From: Bacteroidales bacterium
GTDB lineage: Bacteria; Bacteroidota; Bacteroidia; Bacteroidales; VadinHA17
Direction of reading: 5' to 3'
Length of the DNA: 64,000 nucleotides
Assembly (NCBI GenBank): GCA_035531395.1
Contig: DATKTA010000023.1
Location: 282,783 to 346,782 of the forward strand
The translations under genes were made by a program, and so were the position numbers. Under the pieces are notes generated by a model, which saw nothing but the letters and a program-made list of their open reading frames with translations, was not told the origin of the DNA and did not search any database. Positions 9,488 to 19,639 of this stretch are shown piece by piece. Numbering within the stretch: position 1 is the stretch's first letter; the number at the start of each line of letters is the position of its first letter.

Positions 9488-10555
9488 TCAGTATTTGTAC
9501 TTCTTTTTCTCTTTAAGTATTTCTCTGGTCATTTTCCCAAACTGCTTGTCCTTAAGTCGCTTCTCTGCTACAGAAGACTGGAAACGTTCCTGTTCACGAA
9601 GAATCTTCCTGAAGTTTATCAGAGAATTTTCATCAATGGATCCATTTTTCAAAGCTTCAAGAACAGAGCATCCGGTCTCATTTATATGTTGACAATCAGT
9701 AAATTTGCAATTAAGTGAGAGTTTATAAATATCCTTAAAAGTAGTATGTATTCCTTCTGAATTATCGGTAATTCCAAGCTCTCTCATTCCCGGAGTATCA
9801 ATTATTATCCCTCCATTTTCAAGTATGAAGAGTTCCCTGTGTTCAGTAGCATGCATTCCTTTATTGGTACTTTGACTTATTGATGTTGTTTTAAGAATTT
9901 CCTTTTTCAGAAGGTTATTAATCAAAGATGATTTTCCAACTCCTGAAGATCCCACCACACAATATGTCTTTCCCTTCTGAATAAAATTCATAATCTGATC
10001 CAGTCCTTTATGCTGTATATTGCTCAGAAGTATATATTTAATCCTTTTCTCTCTTGTTTCAATATCCCTGACAGCTATTTTGGTCTCTTCATCTGTTGCG
10101 AGGTCAATTTTGCTTATGACAAGAACCGGCTCTATTCCACCTGAATAACATATAGTCAGATACCTCTCAAGACGGTTGATATTGAAATTGTTATCAATCG
10201 ACTGCATTATAAATGCAACATCGACATTTGAAGAAATAATCTGAATTTCTCCCGTTTTGTTTACCGCCTGTCGTGCAAGCAGGGATTTTCTGGGTAATAT
10301 TCCATGGATAATAGCCTGGTCTGAATCGTAAGTTACCATAGTCACCCAATCCCCGACTGCCGGGAAATAAACCCGGGAACTGGCTGTATATCTCATATTG
10401 CCTGTAATTTCGGCCTCAAATTCCTGAGTTCCGGTTGAGACAATATATCTTTCACGGTGTTCCAGTGTTACACGTCCAATGGTAAATTCTGAAAGGTTAT
10501 TATCATTCAGATATTCAGAATGTTCATTTGTAAAACCAAGGTTTGTCAGGTTCAT
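9488..10555 (-). CDS. rsgA: Ribosome small-subunit-dependent GTPase A
   Basis: The circularly permuted GTPase motifs VGSSGVGKSSLINNL and DTPGMRE are present. The C-terminal zinc knuckle is CKFTDCQHINETGCSV. An N-terminal OB-fold region is also present. Confidence 0.9.
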   Translation of the reverse strand: MNLTNLGFTNEHSEYLNDNNLSEFTIGRVTLEHRERYIVSTGTQEFEAEITGNMRYTASSRVYFPAVGDWVTMVTYDSDQAIIHGILPRKSLLARQAVNKTGEIQIISSNVDVAFIMQSIDNNFNINRLERYLTICYSGGIEPVLVISKIDLATDEETKIAVRDIETREKRIKYILLSNIQHKGLDQIMNFIQKGKTYCVVGSSGVGKSSLINNLLKKEILKTTSISQSTNKGMHATEHRELFILENGGIIIDTPGMRELGITDNSEGIHTTFKDIYKLSLNCKFTDCQHINETGCSVLEALKNGSIDENSLINFRKILREQERFQSSVAEKRLKDKQFGKMTREILKEKKKYKY

Positions 10556-10623
10556 TCTGTTAATTGACTAAACATAGAATAATATACCAATCTCCAGGCT
10601 ATTCCTAAGATAATAAGAAATAG

Positions 10624-12105
10624 TTATTTCCTTGCCGGATCCTCATGCATTTTTTTTCTGGTTGTAAGTGTATTTATACTACCAGCCCGGAGGTTAAGAG
10701 ATAATATTCCCCCGTCCCTGAGATCAATCTCTTTAAGTGGATCCATCCTGTATCCGGGACTGGACAATTCCATTCCGGTAACACTATAGAGGTATAATTT
10801 CAGGTGACCTGCACCAATCATTCTGAGAGTTACACTCTGAGCCGTATCACTTTTATTCAGTATATACGTTGTTAACTCTCCGTCATCGCTTTTCAGAGTA
10901 TTTGACAGAATGGATTTGTTGATAATAGTATCGGTATGTAAGACATAAGAATTTTTCGCCATGAAACGGGTAATAATGCCATAACCATAAAAAGCAACCG
11001 GTTCCGGTCCAATGTTATCGTAATATCTCTGATTTTCAATATCCCAGGTTCTTATAAGCTGCCACTGTCCGTCGAGGTCTCCACGATTTGTGAAGCTCCA
11101 TCTGTTGAATGCGCTTACACCGGCACTAATGCCTCTCAGGACAGATTCAGCATTTGAAAGTGCAGCCTCGAATGACTTTGGTCCGGGATTATCATCTTTC
11201 CATCCTTTCCTCATATCTCCTATTTCTGATAGGAACAGCGGCTTATTATGCTGCCTTGCCCAATCAGCCCAATCCTCCACGATCTTTTGCTTCTGGTCAT
11301 CAATTCCCTGATATGAGTGAATATCATATGCCCCGATATATTCATCGAAATCAATTTTTGCAGCATCAAAAACCGGAAGATCTGTCCAGTCGGGACCGGA
11401 AATGGGGATTTTAATATTCCTTTTATCAAGTGATTTTCTGACCTCTTTCCAGGCAGGAGTTACAGGAGGGTTGTTTTCACCCATACTCCACCACGAACCC
11501 CAGCTTCCCCCGGGAGGTTCATTTGTGATGGAGATCCATTTGATGCATGTGTAATTCTTTGACACGGTCAGGTATTCCACCAGTGTGGCTATCCCCTCGG
11601 TAAAATCCTCAACTGATCTGGGAGCGCTTAACAGTGGTTGTACTCCGGAATAGGAGTTCCATTTTACATTGCTCCACATCTGCTGAAGGAAGACATCGGC
11701 ATTATTGCTTTCGGCCCAGTCGAGTATTTTGTAAAGTGCCTGCATTTCCTCATTTTCCCAGTCGAACCTGTTCTTTTCCGGTTCGTACATGCGGGCACTA
11801 AGCTCAACTCTTACAAATGACATTCCCAGCCAACTGGCATGTTTATATATCTGTTCCCACGAAGCTGTTTGTGTTACAGGAGGATTTCCGCCCCAGGCGC
11901 TTCCCCTCGAATTTTTGTATCTCAGAGCCCATTTATATGTGGATGACTCATCAATAGTTTCCTGGCTTATTGCATGCCAGGATGCTCCTATTCCTCCCGC
12001 CATTTTGTAAACCTGCTGCTGAGTATCTATTTCAATATCAGATTTTTCAGGGCTGCAGGAGGTTGAAGCAATAAATAGAATTAAGAACCATATAAAATTT
12101 TTCAT
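10624..12105 (-). CDS. Clan GH-A glycoside hydrolase lipoprotein (GH30/GH5-like)
   Basis: The lipobox is IASTSCS. GGIGASW near the N-terminus is GH30-like. The acid/base motif is ISITNEPPGG and the nucleophile motif is PLFLSEIGD, about 98 residues later. A C-terminal beta-sandwich-like tail follows. Confidence 0.6.
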   Translation of the reverse strand: MKNFIWFLILFIASTSCSPEKSDIEIDTQQQVYKMAGGIGASWHAISQETIDESSTYKWALRYKNSRGSAWGGNPPVTQTASWEQIYKHASWLGMSFVRVELSARMYEPEKNRFDWENEEMQALYKILDWAESNNADVFLQQMWSNVKWNSYSGVQPLLSAPRSVEDFTEGIATLVEYLTVSKNYTCIKWISITNEPPGGSWGSWWSMGENNPPVTPAWKEVRKSLDKRNIKIPISGPDWTDLPVFDAAKIDFDEYIGAYDIHSYQGIDDQKQKIVEDWADWARQHNKPLFLSEIGDMRKGWKDDNPGPKSFEAALSNAESVLRGISAGVSAFNRWSFTNRGDLDGQWQLIRTWDIENQRYYDNIGPEPVAFYGYGIITRFMAKNSYVLHTDTIINKSILSNTLKSDDGELTTYILNKSDTAQSVTLRMIGAGHLKLYLYSVTGMELSSPGYRMDPLKEIDLRDGGILSLNLRAGSINTLTTRKKMHEDPARK

Positions 12106-12163
12106 ATCCGGGAATATCTGTTGAATTAACAGATGATAAGATATGAATTCCTTTACAGAAAGG

Positions 12164-12574
12164 TCACTTCACCACTAAATTTTTTTCAGCGAAATAACCA
12201 TTTGCCTGAACACCTTTAATCACATATTTACCGGGGGACGATACAGTAAGTTCAACATTATGATCCATCATAATAATCCCTTCTTCGCAAGGATCGCCAT
12301 AATAGGCATATCTGCCCCAGGCTTCAATAGTGATCTCATTCTGGTCATTGGTATGGTTATATGCCTTTTCGAACATATAACATTTACTGGGACCAACATA
12401 GCCATAAATTTCAATGGTAAACAGAGTTTTAACATTTACTGTATCTGGTGCATGAAGACTGTCTATCTTAATGAGGTAGGGTTCAATGGTTGTTGTTTTC
12501 ATAGCGCATGAACCAAGCAAAAACATAATTACTGCTGAAACAAACAACGCTGAAATAATCTTTTTCAAATGCAT
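12164..12574 (-). CDS. Small hypothetical lipoprotein
   Basis: The ATG at 12574 gives MHLKKIISALFVSAVIMFLLGSC, which has a lipobox. The ORF-track start at 12610 is a TTG. I recognise no motif. Confidence 0.5.
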   Translation of the reverse strand: MHLKKIISALFVSAVIMFLLGSCAMKTTTIEPYLIKIDSLHAPDTVNVKTLFTIEIYGYVGPSKCYMFEKAYNHTNDQNEITIEAWGRYAYYGDPCEEGIIMMDHNVELTVSSPGKYVIKGVQANGYFAEKNLVVK

Positions 12575-12657
12575 CTGTAATAAATTTATTGGTAAAAATA
12601 CAAAAATCAAGCCAAAAGGGATTAAAAATTACTTATCCTTCTGATTATTAGTCCTAA

Positions 12658-15192
12658 TTACCTGATAGCAAATGTTTCAGCCATACCAGTTTCCAGGGAT
12701 TTCACCTTTTTCAAGGTATAAGACCCAATTCCTGAAATAGTGATTTTAGCGATATTGATTGTGCCATTCAATACCCTGACTTCTATGTTTCTTTTATCAC
12801 CAGAGTCATCAGACATATCTGCAGTTCCATATGCATAGCCATCAGACCAGAAGTACTTTCCCTTTATATCGCCAAATTTCATTTCTTTGGTTACACCGGA
12901 ATAATGGAATCCGCTAAGAGCAGGAACTGCTGACCAGCTTGCCATTGCTCTTCCGTAATGATGCCCGCACTCAGCTTCATCAAATGGGTTTCTTTTTCGT
13001 CCGTCATACCTGTTGCGAATATTTTTTATGCATTTCAGCCCGTTTTCGACCTGATCTTCATACAGCATGCCTATAGCTGCTGCATATTCAAATCCTGTCA
13101 TAACTTCGGTAAAGTAGGGGAAAGGATTAGCAGGTCTTGAAACAGGGTAAGCAGCCATTAGCAGGGCAGCTTCATTTCCGAGGGCATAACTGCGGAAACA
13201 GTTGAAATGATCTGACAGATCACTCCGGTAATTGTAATTCATAATGCTGTGGAGTGTTTTTGCAACATTCTCCTTTTTAACCAGATAACCAAGTCCGCAT
13301 ACATGTGCGAGGTACTGTCCAACAAGCTGATCCACAAGGCACCCTTCTCCAAGCTGATAATCAGGATTTCCGTAATCAGCCGATCCCATCCCAACAAGTT
13401 GTTCTGCAGGAATGGATTCTTTATCAGGGACAATGATCTTGTGAATGTAATATTCACCATTGAAAAGATTATCATCGGTCCATTTGCTTCCCCTTGTGAA
13501 TAGATTTCTGCATTTAGATGCCATCTCCTTATCTTTCATATATGATGCCATCTCTTCCATTGCACGGAGTGCTCCAAGGTACCAGATCGTCATCTGCGGA
13601 TTTGGGCCATAATATTCAACATCCATTGTATTATGCTGAACGCCTTCCATTACACCATCCTGGTTACCGTCCCATCCTCCTTTTTTCCAGGCATAGCTTA
13701 ATGCTGCAATTGCCTTTGGATAAAGTTCCCTGAGAAAATTATCATCACCAGACAACTGCCATTCTCTGTAGAGTTTTATAATACAACCCATCTGTCCGTC
13801 AGCTGCCACTTTTGCGAAATCAGGAATATTATCAAGAGGTAGTTTTACTCTGAAGCTCATTATTCCGTTGTGCATTGTGGCCATTGAGAACTCAACTTTT
13901 CTCATTGATCTTGCAAGATCACCGAAGAGAAATGCTGTAGCGGTCTCATAATTCCAGACATGTGTACAGGAGCCAAAACAACATCCGGAGTTATCGTTGC
14001 ATCCTTCCCAGGCATAAAAGTTTCCATCTGACAACCTGAAGCATGTCTGCGACCTTAGAGTACTCAGGTTGAACAGGGCTGCTTCTTTAACTTCATCCGG
14101 AAGATCACTGCTGCAAAATGCCTCCACAAATTCAACACTCTTTTTTTCCAGAAGGTCAAGCCGGGGATTTGTTTTAACTGCAACATCCCAGGCATCTGTA
14201 TATTTGGTTGAATAGTAATTCTTCAGGGGTTCCGTCGACCATGCTGTTCTGTTAGGGAAATGCCATGTCAGGAGAAACCTTACGGTAATAACAGAGCCTG
14301 CTGGCAGGCTTTTCCCTATTGCCAGTGACGCCATTGGTTTTTCAGATACATCATCTTTCCTGTTTTCAATTTTTCCATCAGCAGAAAGATCATCCCAGAA
14401 GTCAAGGATGGATGAACCCCATCTCTCAGGCAGCCAGGCTGTCCTGTAAGATATGTCTCCATCTGTTGGAGTGGTGAGGGTAATTGATCCCCACTGATCC
14501 GTCTGCTTATCTACTCCTTCAGAAGTCATTAGAATTCCTCTGAGCCCATTTTCTTCATGGTAAGTGTTGTTATTATCTTTTGCCTTTCCTTCAGTACCAT
14601 CCTCGCCTATAAAGTTTTGCATAGTTCCGCAGATGCTGAAAATGACAGGTTTGTCAGAATTATTTTTAAGTTCGAAATCTATTACAGCAACCGGAATACT
14701 GCTATTGTCTATATCTCCGGGAATGAGAGGATTAAATGCTTTCATCTTAACTGATACTGGAAGGCTTTCAGTTGAAAGATTTACTTGACCGAATGGATAT
14801 GCTGCTTCAAAAGTTGCCTCACTGAACCTTGGAAGACCATGGTTTGTAGCTATTGCACCTGAAGCTCCCTCATACTGGAAAAAAGGTACCGGACCTTCAA
14901 GGAGTCGAAGATCTTTTTCCCCATTAATTTCAGTATAAAGTGTGAAGAAGGTTGAATTATTCCTTCCAGAACCAGGGTTATAATCCTTTGCGGGTCTGCC
15001 CATTATTTCCCAGTCCTGAAGATTCCCCCTTCCGCCAAGGGAGACAGTTCCGGTTCCTATTCCTCCTACAGGCATAGCAATCTTATAGATATGTTCCGGG
15101 TCATATTTTTTCAGGACAGGCCAGTCGGATGATTGAAGTGTTTGAGCAAAGAAGCTAACCATCAAGACTAATAAAGCAAATCGTATTTTCAT
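12658..15192 (-). CDS. GH116 (GBA2-type) beta-glucosidase/glucosylceramidase-family protein, secreted
   Basis: MPVGGIGTGTVSLGGRGNLQDWEIM is the characteristic GH116 N-terminal domain motif. An (alpha/alpha)6 C-terminal half is present, and the 844 aa length fits. A signal peptide is present. Confidence 0.85.
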   Translation of the reverse strand: MKIRFALLVLMVSFFAQTLQSSDWPVLKKYDPEHIYKIAMPVGGIGTGTVSLGGRGNLQDWEIMGRPAKDYNPGSGRNNSTFFTLYTEINGEKDLRLLEGPVPFFQYEGASGAIATNHGLPRFSEATFEAAYPFGQVNLSTESLPVSVKMKAFNPLIPGDIDNSSIPVAVIDFELKNNSDKPVIFSICGTMQNFIGEDGTEGKAKDNNNTYHEENGLRGILMTSEGVDKQTDQWGSITLTTPTDGDISYRTAWLPERWGSSILDFWDDLSADGKIENRKDDVSEKPMASLAIGKSLPAGSVITVRFLLTWHFPNRTAWSTEPLKNYYSTKYTDAWDVAVKTNPRLDLLEKKSVEFVEAFCSSDLPDEVKEAALFNLSTLRSQTCFRLSDGNFYAWEGCNDNSGCCFGSCTHVWNYETATAFLFGDLARSMRKVEFSMATMHNGIMSFRVKLPLDNIPDFAKVAADGQMGCIIKLYREWQLSGDDNFLRELYPKAIAALSYAWKKGGWDGNQDGVMEGVQHNTMDVEYYGPNPQMTIWYLGALRAMEEMASYMKDKEMASKCRNLFTRGSKWTDDNLFNGEYYIHKIIVPDKESIPAEQLVGMGSADYGNPDYQLGEGCLVDQLVGQYLAHVCGLGYLVKKENVAKTLHSIMNYNYRSDLSDHFNCFRSYALGNEAALLMAAYPVSRPANPFPYFTEVMTGFEYAAAIGMLYEDQVENGLKCIKNIRNRYDGRKRNPFDEAECGHHYGRAMASWSAVPALSGFHYSGVTKEMKFGDIKGKYFWSDGYAYGTADMSDDSGDKRNIEVRVLNGTINIAKITISGIGSYTLKKVKSLETGMAETFAIR

Positions 15193-15229
15193 ATCTTCCT
15201 GGTTTTTAGAAAGTATTGTTAATAAATTA

Positions 15230-15249
15230 ACAGAGCTTTCCGGCTCTGT
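15230..15249 (-). terminator. Possible intrinsic terminator after the carbonic anhydrase-like gene
   Basis: On the minus strand the hairpin is ACAGAGC-CGGAAA-GCUCUGU, followed by the U/A-rich UAAUUUAUUAAC. The stem is short, so this is tentative. Confidence 0.35.
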
Positions 15250-15268
15250 GATTATTATCTGAGGGAAA

Positions 15269-15811
15269 TCAATTTTCCCTTATAAAATAAAGCTTGTTAT
15301 CGTCCACTTTATAGTATAGTGGTGCAATGGTGATCTTAGGATACCTGAGTCGGAGGCGTTTTGTTTCACTCAGTATAAAATCTTTTTCATTACCTATTTC
15401 AAACATGGGGGCAAAATGCATGAAATGTTCTTCAGCCCTGTCTCTTTCCCAACCAGCTGTATCAACAAGACCTTCAATAAATTCCTGCTCCCGGGCTATA
15501 AGATTGACCATTCCGCAATTATTATGACCAATAAGCACTATATGATTAACCCTTCCGACAGCTATTGCATATGATACTTTAAATTCACTGTATCTGAGGT
15601 TAGCCCCTCCCGACCGGATAATAAAAGCAAAATTTTCGGGGATATGCAGATGCTTCCTGTTATCCATGCACATGCCAACCAACAGATCTGCTTTCTCATA
15701 GGTTTCAAATGGCCTATTCAGGTTGTGATACTCCAGAAGAAGGCCAATAGGAGTCCCCCTGTATTCAGGGTTAATATCATTTTCCGAATTAACTTGGATT
15801 AATTTATTCAT
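15269..15811 (-). CDS. Beta-class carbonic anhydrase-like protein
   Basis: The zinc-ligand motifs CMDNR (CxDxR) and HNNCGM (HxxC) are present at the expected spacing. The start is either ATG 15811 or GTG 15817. Confidence 0.7.
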   Translation of the reverse strand: MNKLIQVNSENDINPEYRGTPIGLLLEYHNLNRPFETYEKADLLVGMCMDNRKHLHIPENFAFIIRSGGANLRYSEFKVSYAIAVGRVNHIVLIGHNNCGMVNLIAREQEFIEGLVDTAGWERDRAEEHFMHFAPMFEIGNEKDFILSETKRLRLRYPKITIAPLYYKVDDNKLYFIREN

Positions 15812-15916
15812 TTTCACATGATTATTTTACTTCAAAATTATCGAATTTTACAAAATCCGGGATAGTTTTTTCCCATCTTTGTAATTATAGTAATTTTATG
15901 CCAAACTTACTTGTAA

Positions 15917-16426
15917 ATGAAAGTATTAAAACCATCCGGAAACTTACATGTGAAAATCATATTTCTATTTTCCATTGCATTATTATCATTTCTTATTAGC
16001 TGTAACAGAAGTCCCGGAAACAAGGCTGAGAGTTCAGATAATCCCAATCAGGTTAAACCAGCTACGGCTGAGATAAGCAAACATAAGGAGGATGCAATTA
16101 CTCCTTTATCAGCTGATTCGTTGCAGTCATTACTTAAGGGCAAATGGCTAAGGGAAGATGGGACTTACACAATTGAGATCTTTTCAATATCGGCAAATGG
16201 TATTATGGATGCAGGATATTTCAATCCAAACCCGATAAACGTTGGAAAATCTGGATGGATGATCAATGAAGGCAATATCATGCTGGAGATAATTCTGAAA
16301 GATGTCAATTACCCAGGATCTAAATACAATCTTTTTTATGATAAAATAAGTGACTGCCTTATTGGCAATTATTTCCAGGCAGTTCAGGGGATTAACTATG
16401 ATGTTCTTTTTTCCAGATACAAATAA
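15917..16426 (+). CDS. Hypothetical lipoprotein
   Basis: The signal and lipobox are FSIALLSFLISCN. I recognise no catalytic motif. Confidence 0.5.
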   Translation: MKVLKPSGNLHVKIIFLFSIALLSFLISCNRSPGNKAESSDNPNQVKPATAEISKHKEDAITPLSADSLQSLLKGKWLREDGTYTIEIFSISANGIMDAGYFNPNPINVGKSGWMINEGNIMLEIILKDVNYPGSKYNLFYDKISDCLIGNYFQAVQGINYDVLFSRYK

Positions 16427-16434
16427 TTAGCCTA

Positions 16435-17079
16435 TTATTCCATCTCCCCGTTGTTGTTCATAAATTTAAAAGGTATTTTAACCGAAAGCGATATATTCCT
16501 TCCAGGGTTGTAAAATCCAACCTCTTTCAATGTTGAATGATGGTCAATGTACTTTTTATCCAGGAGGTTTGAAACACTCAGTATCACTGACATCATCTGT
16601 TTCCCGATCTTTATATTGCCTCCTGCTGAGAGATCAAGAAGAAGATATTCATCTGTGGGTGTTTCGTCAGGTGCGTTCCTGGGCTGGCGGAAAACAAACT
16701 CCGGTCTGCCCATCACAAAGGCATCATTCAGAAATGCAGCTTTATCCTTCTCTGCCCTTATCTCAAAGTTGAACCTGCCTGCAGGAATGGAAGGAAGATT
16801 CTGTCCATTTTCCTGACGTCCTGTTACTGTTGAACAGGTTGTCTTCAGATGAAGCCAGCCTGCATTCACAGGATGGAAATGTATCCCGGCCTCACCGGCG
16901 AAAAGGTATGAGTTGTCCTGCCTGTAACGAAAGATGTACAGTCCGTTTGCAGTTGTGTCACCGGTAGGAGAAATGTAGATGTAGTCATTTATCCTGTTGT
17001 AGAAGCCTGCGATATCAATTGTATAGTTTTCATGGTGATAGTGCATGCTCAGGGACATGCGATCGGTAGAAGAATACAA
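16435..17079 (-). pseudogene. C-terminal remnant of a TonB-dependent receptor (about the last 200 aa only)
   Basis: The sequence ends with the typical barrel C-terminus SVSNLLDKKYIDHH...YNPGRNISLSVKIPF. There is no plug or N-terminal barrel. It starts at a TTG only 15 nt downstream of the GH20 stop, whereas intact receptors exceed 700 aa. Confidence 0.7.
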
Positions 17080-17094
17080 ATCAATCCTCCAGAT

Positions 17095-18624
17095 TTACCT
17101 CACCAGAGTTGAATCTCTGTAAACATTAACGTGTTGTCTGGTCAGATGATCAATATTTTTAATTGCTGCTGAACTGAATTGTTCCCAGTCCTTCCTGTCC
17201 GGACTGCACCAGGCGGTTTCTGCGAGGCCCAGTATCCTCGGAAATAATTGCTTGTCGATATTCGCTTCACTGCGGTCGATGTGTGACCAGAAATTAGCCT
17301 GAATACCCAGGAAGTTTTTTTCATCGGTCCCTGGCATAACAGGATCATAATCAAATATTGTCCGGGTGCTGATCTTATCGTAGGGGTAATCGAAGTAGCA
17401 ATTGGTGGTCGGTGTGCAGACCACCCTGAAACCGGCCTTTACTTCCTTTTCAACTTCGCTGAGCTTCCAGCCTCTCCAGAACATCAGGACTTCATCACCT
17501 GCCAGCTTTCCTCCATCGATTATTTCATCCCATCCAACCAGTGTTTTGTTTTTCCCCCTTATGTAATCGCCTACTCTTTTTACAAAGAAGCTCTGAAGCT
17601 CTTCTTCATTTAAAAGGTTATTGTCTTTCATTGCTTTCTGGCAGTAAGGACATATTTCCCATGCAGCTTTTGGAGCTTCATCTCCGCCAATGTGAATGTA
17701 TTGGGAGGGAAACAACTCACAAATTTCATCAAGGATGCCGAAGATCATATTATATGTTGATTCTTTCCCGGCACAAAGAATCTCATTGTGGATTGATTTA
17801 CCTTCAAAGAAGGTATGGATTGCAGGTTTTACACTATCGCAAGAGAGCTCAGGATATGATGCTATTGCAGCGCAGGCATGCCCTGGCATCTCAATTTCAG
17901 GAACGAGCATGACATTTCTTAATTCAGCATATTGAATAAGATCTCGTATCTCATCCTGCGAATAATATCCCCCCATTGTATTGAATTCAGGATCGAACTT
18001 TGATCCGACTTTTGTCAGCAAAGGATATTTTTTTATCTCAATCCGCCAGCCCTGGTCATCAGTAAGGTGAAGATGAACTACATTAAGCTTGTACATTGAA
18101 AACAGGTCAATATAACGTTTTACCAGATTAACAGGCATGAAGGTACGGCTTACATCCAGCATTACTCCCCGCCATGAAAATCTTGGTAAATCAGTGATTA
18201 CCTGTGCTTTAATAACTTCTTTGCCTGAGCAAATGAGCAGCTGCTTAAGCGATTGAAGCCCATAAAAAATTCCTGATACAGAGGCTGACTTTATTTCAAT
18301 ATTTTGCGAAGTTATTTTAAGCTCATAAGCTTCGGGTTGCGAAGATTTTTTTTCAGATATAAGAATTATATTTCCCTGCATCTTACCCTTACTAATAACC
18401 TTAAGGTCCATTCCAAGCATATCCTTCACTTCATCAGCAAATAGTTTAGCACTGGCTGACAGTTCATCTGTGGCTATGATAGTGGTGCTGGAATTAAAAG
18501 AAAACTCGCCATCACCTATTTCAACATGTTGAGGATAAGGAATAATATTGCAATCCTGTGATTCAGCACGTACAAAACAGAGAGCAAGAACCACAATTAA
18601 GGAAAAGACATTTTTTGTATTCAT
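17095..18624 (-). CDS. GH20 beta-N-acetylhexosaminidase, secreted
   Basis: HLHLTDDQGWRIEIKKYP and IHIGGDE are classic GH20 motifs. The ATG at 18624 gives MNTKNVFSLIVVLALCFVRAESQ, a signal peptide. Confidence 0.9.
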   Translation of the reverse strand: MNTKNVFSLIVVLALCFVRAESQDCNIIPYPQHVEIGDGEFSFNSSTTIIATDELSASAKLFADEVKDMLGMDLKVISKGKMQGNIILISEKKSSQPEAYELKITSQNIEIKSASVSGIFYGLQSLKQLLICSGKEVIKAQVITDLPRFSWRGVMLDVSRTFMPVNLVKRYIDLFSMYKLNVVHLHLTDDQGWRIEIKKYPLLTKVGSKFDPEFNTMGGYYSQDEIRDLIQYAELRNVMLVPEIEMPGHACAAIASYPELSCDSVKPAIHTFFEGKSIHNEILCAGKESTYNMIFGILDEICELFPSQYIHIGGDEAPKAAWEICPYCQKAMKDNNLLNEEELQSFFVKRVGDYIRGKNKTLVGWDEIIDGGKLAGDEVLMFWRGWKLSEVEKEVKAGFRVVCTPTTNCYFDYPYDKISTRTIFDYDPVMPGTDEKNFLGIQANFWSHIDRSEANIDKQLFPRILGLAETAWCSPDRKDWEQFSSAAIKNIDHLTRQHVNVYRDSTLVR

Positions 18625-18712
18625 TGGAGCCAATGGATTATTTATTTGTAATTTCATTTTATTGTTAATCTGTAGAAATATCATTAAAAGGGATCAGAAA
18701 ATAATAAATAAT

Positions 18713-19639
18713 ATGAAGATACATAAAAGATTTGAAGGCCTGGTTGCTGCACCCTTTACTCCTATGAATAAGTCAGGTAATCTGAATTTAAGTATGGTAC
18801 CCGAATATTACAGCTTTCTGAAAAAGAACGGAGTTGCAGGAGCATTTATTAACGGATCAACTGGTGAAGGAGTCTCGCTTACACAAAAAGAGAACCAGCT
18901 GCATGCTGAAAAGTGGGCTGAAAGTTATAAGAAGGACGGTACAGTACGTATAATAAACCTGGTAGGAGGAACATCTTACAAAGAGTGCATTGAAAATGCT
19001 CTCTTCTCATATAATGCGGGTATCTATGCAATTGCTGTAATAGGCCCATATTATTTCAAGCCCTCAGATGAAAACTATCTTGCAGAGTTCGTAGCTAAAG
19101 TTGGTGAGGCAGTGCCCGATATGCCTGTCTATTATTATCATATACCTGTTCTTACGGGGGTAAATATTCAGATGGCCCGTTTTATTGCCAGGATATCTGA
19201 GATGCTACCGAATTTTGCAGGGATAAAATACACACATGAAGATTTTATGGATTTTCTGACATGTCTGAACTACAAAAATAAAGCATATGAAATGTTGTGG
19301 GGTCGTGATGAAAACATTCTGCCTGCTCTTTCGTTAGGGGCAAAGGGCGCTGTTGGAAGTACTTACAACTATGCAGCTCCGCTTTACAACAAAATTATCC
19401 GGGAATTTAACCAGGGCAATCTTGAAGAGGCAGGAAGATTACAGCAATTGTCAATAAATATGATTATGCTTCTCGGAAAGTATGGAGGTATGGGTACTGG
19501 GAAGGCTTTTATGAAATATGTCGGTCTTGATTGCGGGGAATTCCGGCTTCCTGTAAGGAATATGGACTCTAAGAGTTATTCCTTGTTCGAGAAAGATGTA
19601 AAAGCTCTCGGAATAGATTATCTTTTTTCTGTAAAATGA
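18713..19639 (+). CDS. nanA: N-acetylneuraminate lyase / DHDPS-family aldolase
   Basis: FINGSTGEG (GxxGE), YYYHIP (the Tyr motif) and the Schiff-base lysine context FAGIKYT are present. The start is set at ATG 18713 (MKIHKRFEGLVAAPFTPM). The longer ORF-track start overlaps the GH20 gene. Confidence 0.75.
   Translation: MKIHKRFEGLVAAPFTPMNKSGNLNLSMVPEYYSFLKKNGVAGAFINGSTGEGVSLTQKENQLHAEKWAESYKKDGTVRIINLVGGTSYKECIENALFSYNAGIYAIAVIGPYYFKPSDENYLAEFVAKVGEAVPDMPVYYYHIPVLTGVNIQMARFIARISEMLPNFAGIKYTHEDFMDFLTCLNYKNKAYEMLWGRDENILPALSLGAKGAVGSTYNYAAPLYNKIIREFNQGNLEEAGRLQQLSINMIMLLGKYGGMGTGKAFMKYVGLDCGEFRLPVRNMDSKSYSLFEKDVKALGIDYLFSVK

Noticed and set aside
18548-18712. 55-codon N-terminal extension of the nanA-like ORF
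   Set aside because: The extension overlaps the 5' end of the divergent GH20 gene and encodes low-complexity, non-homologous sequence. The DHDPS-fold begins right after the ATG at 18713.
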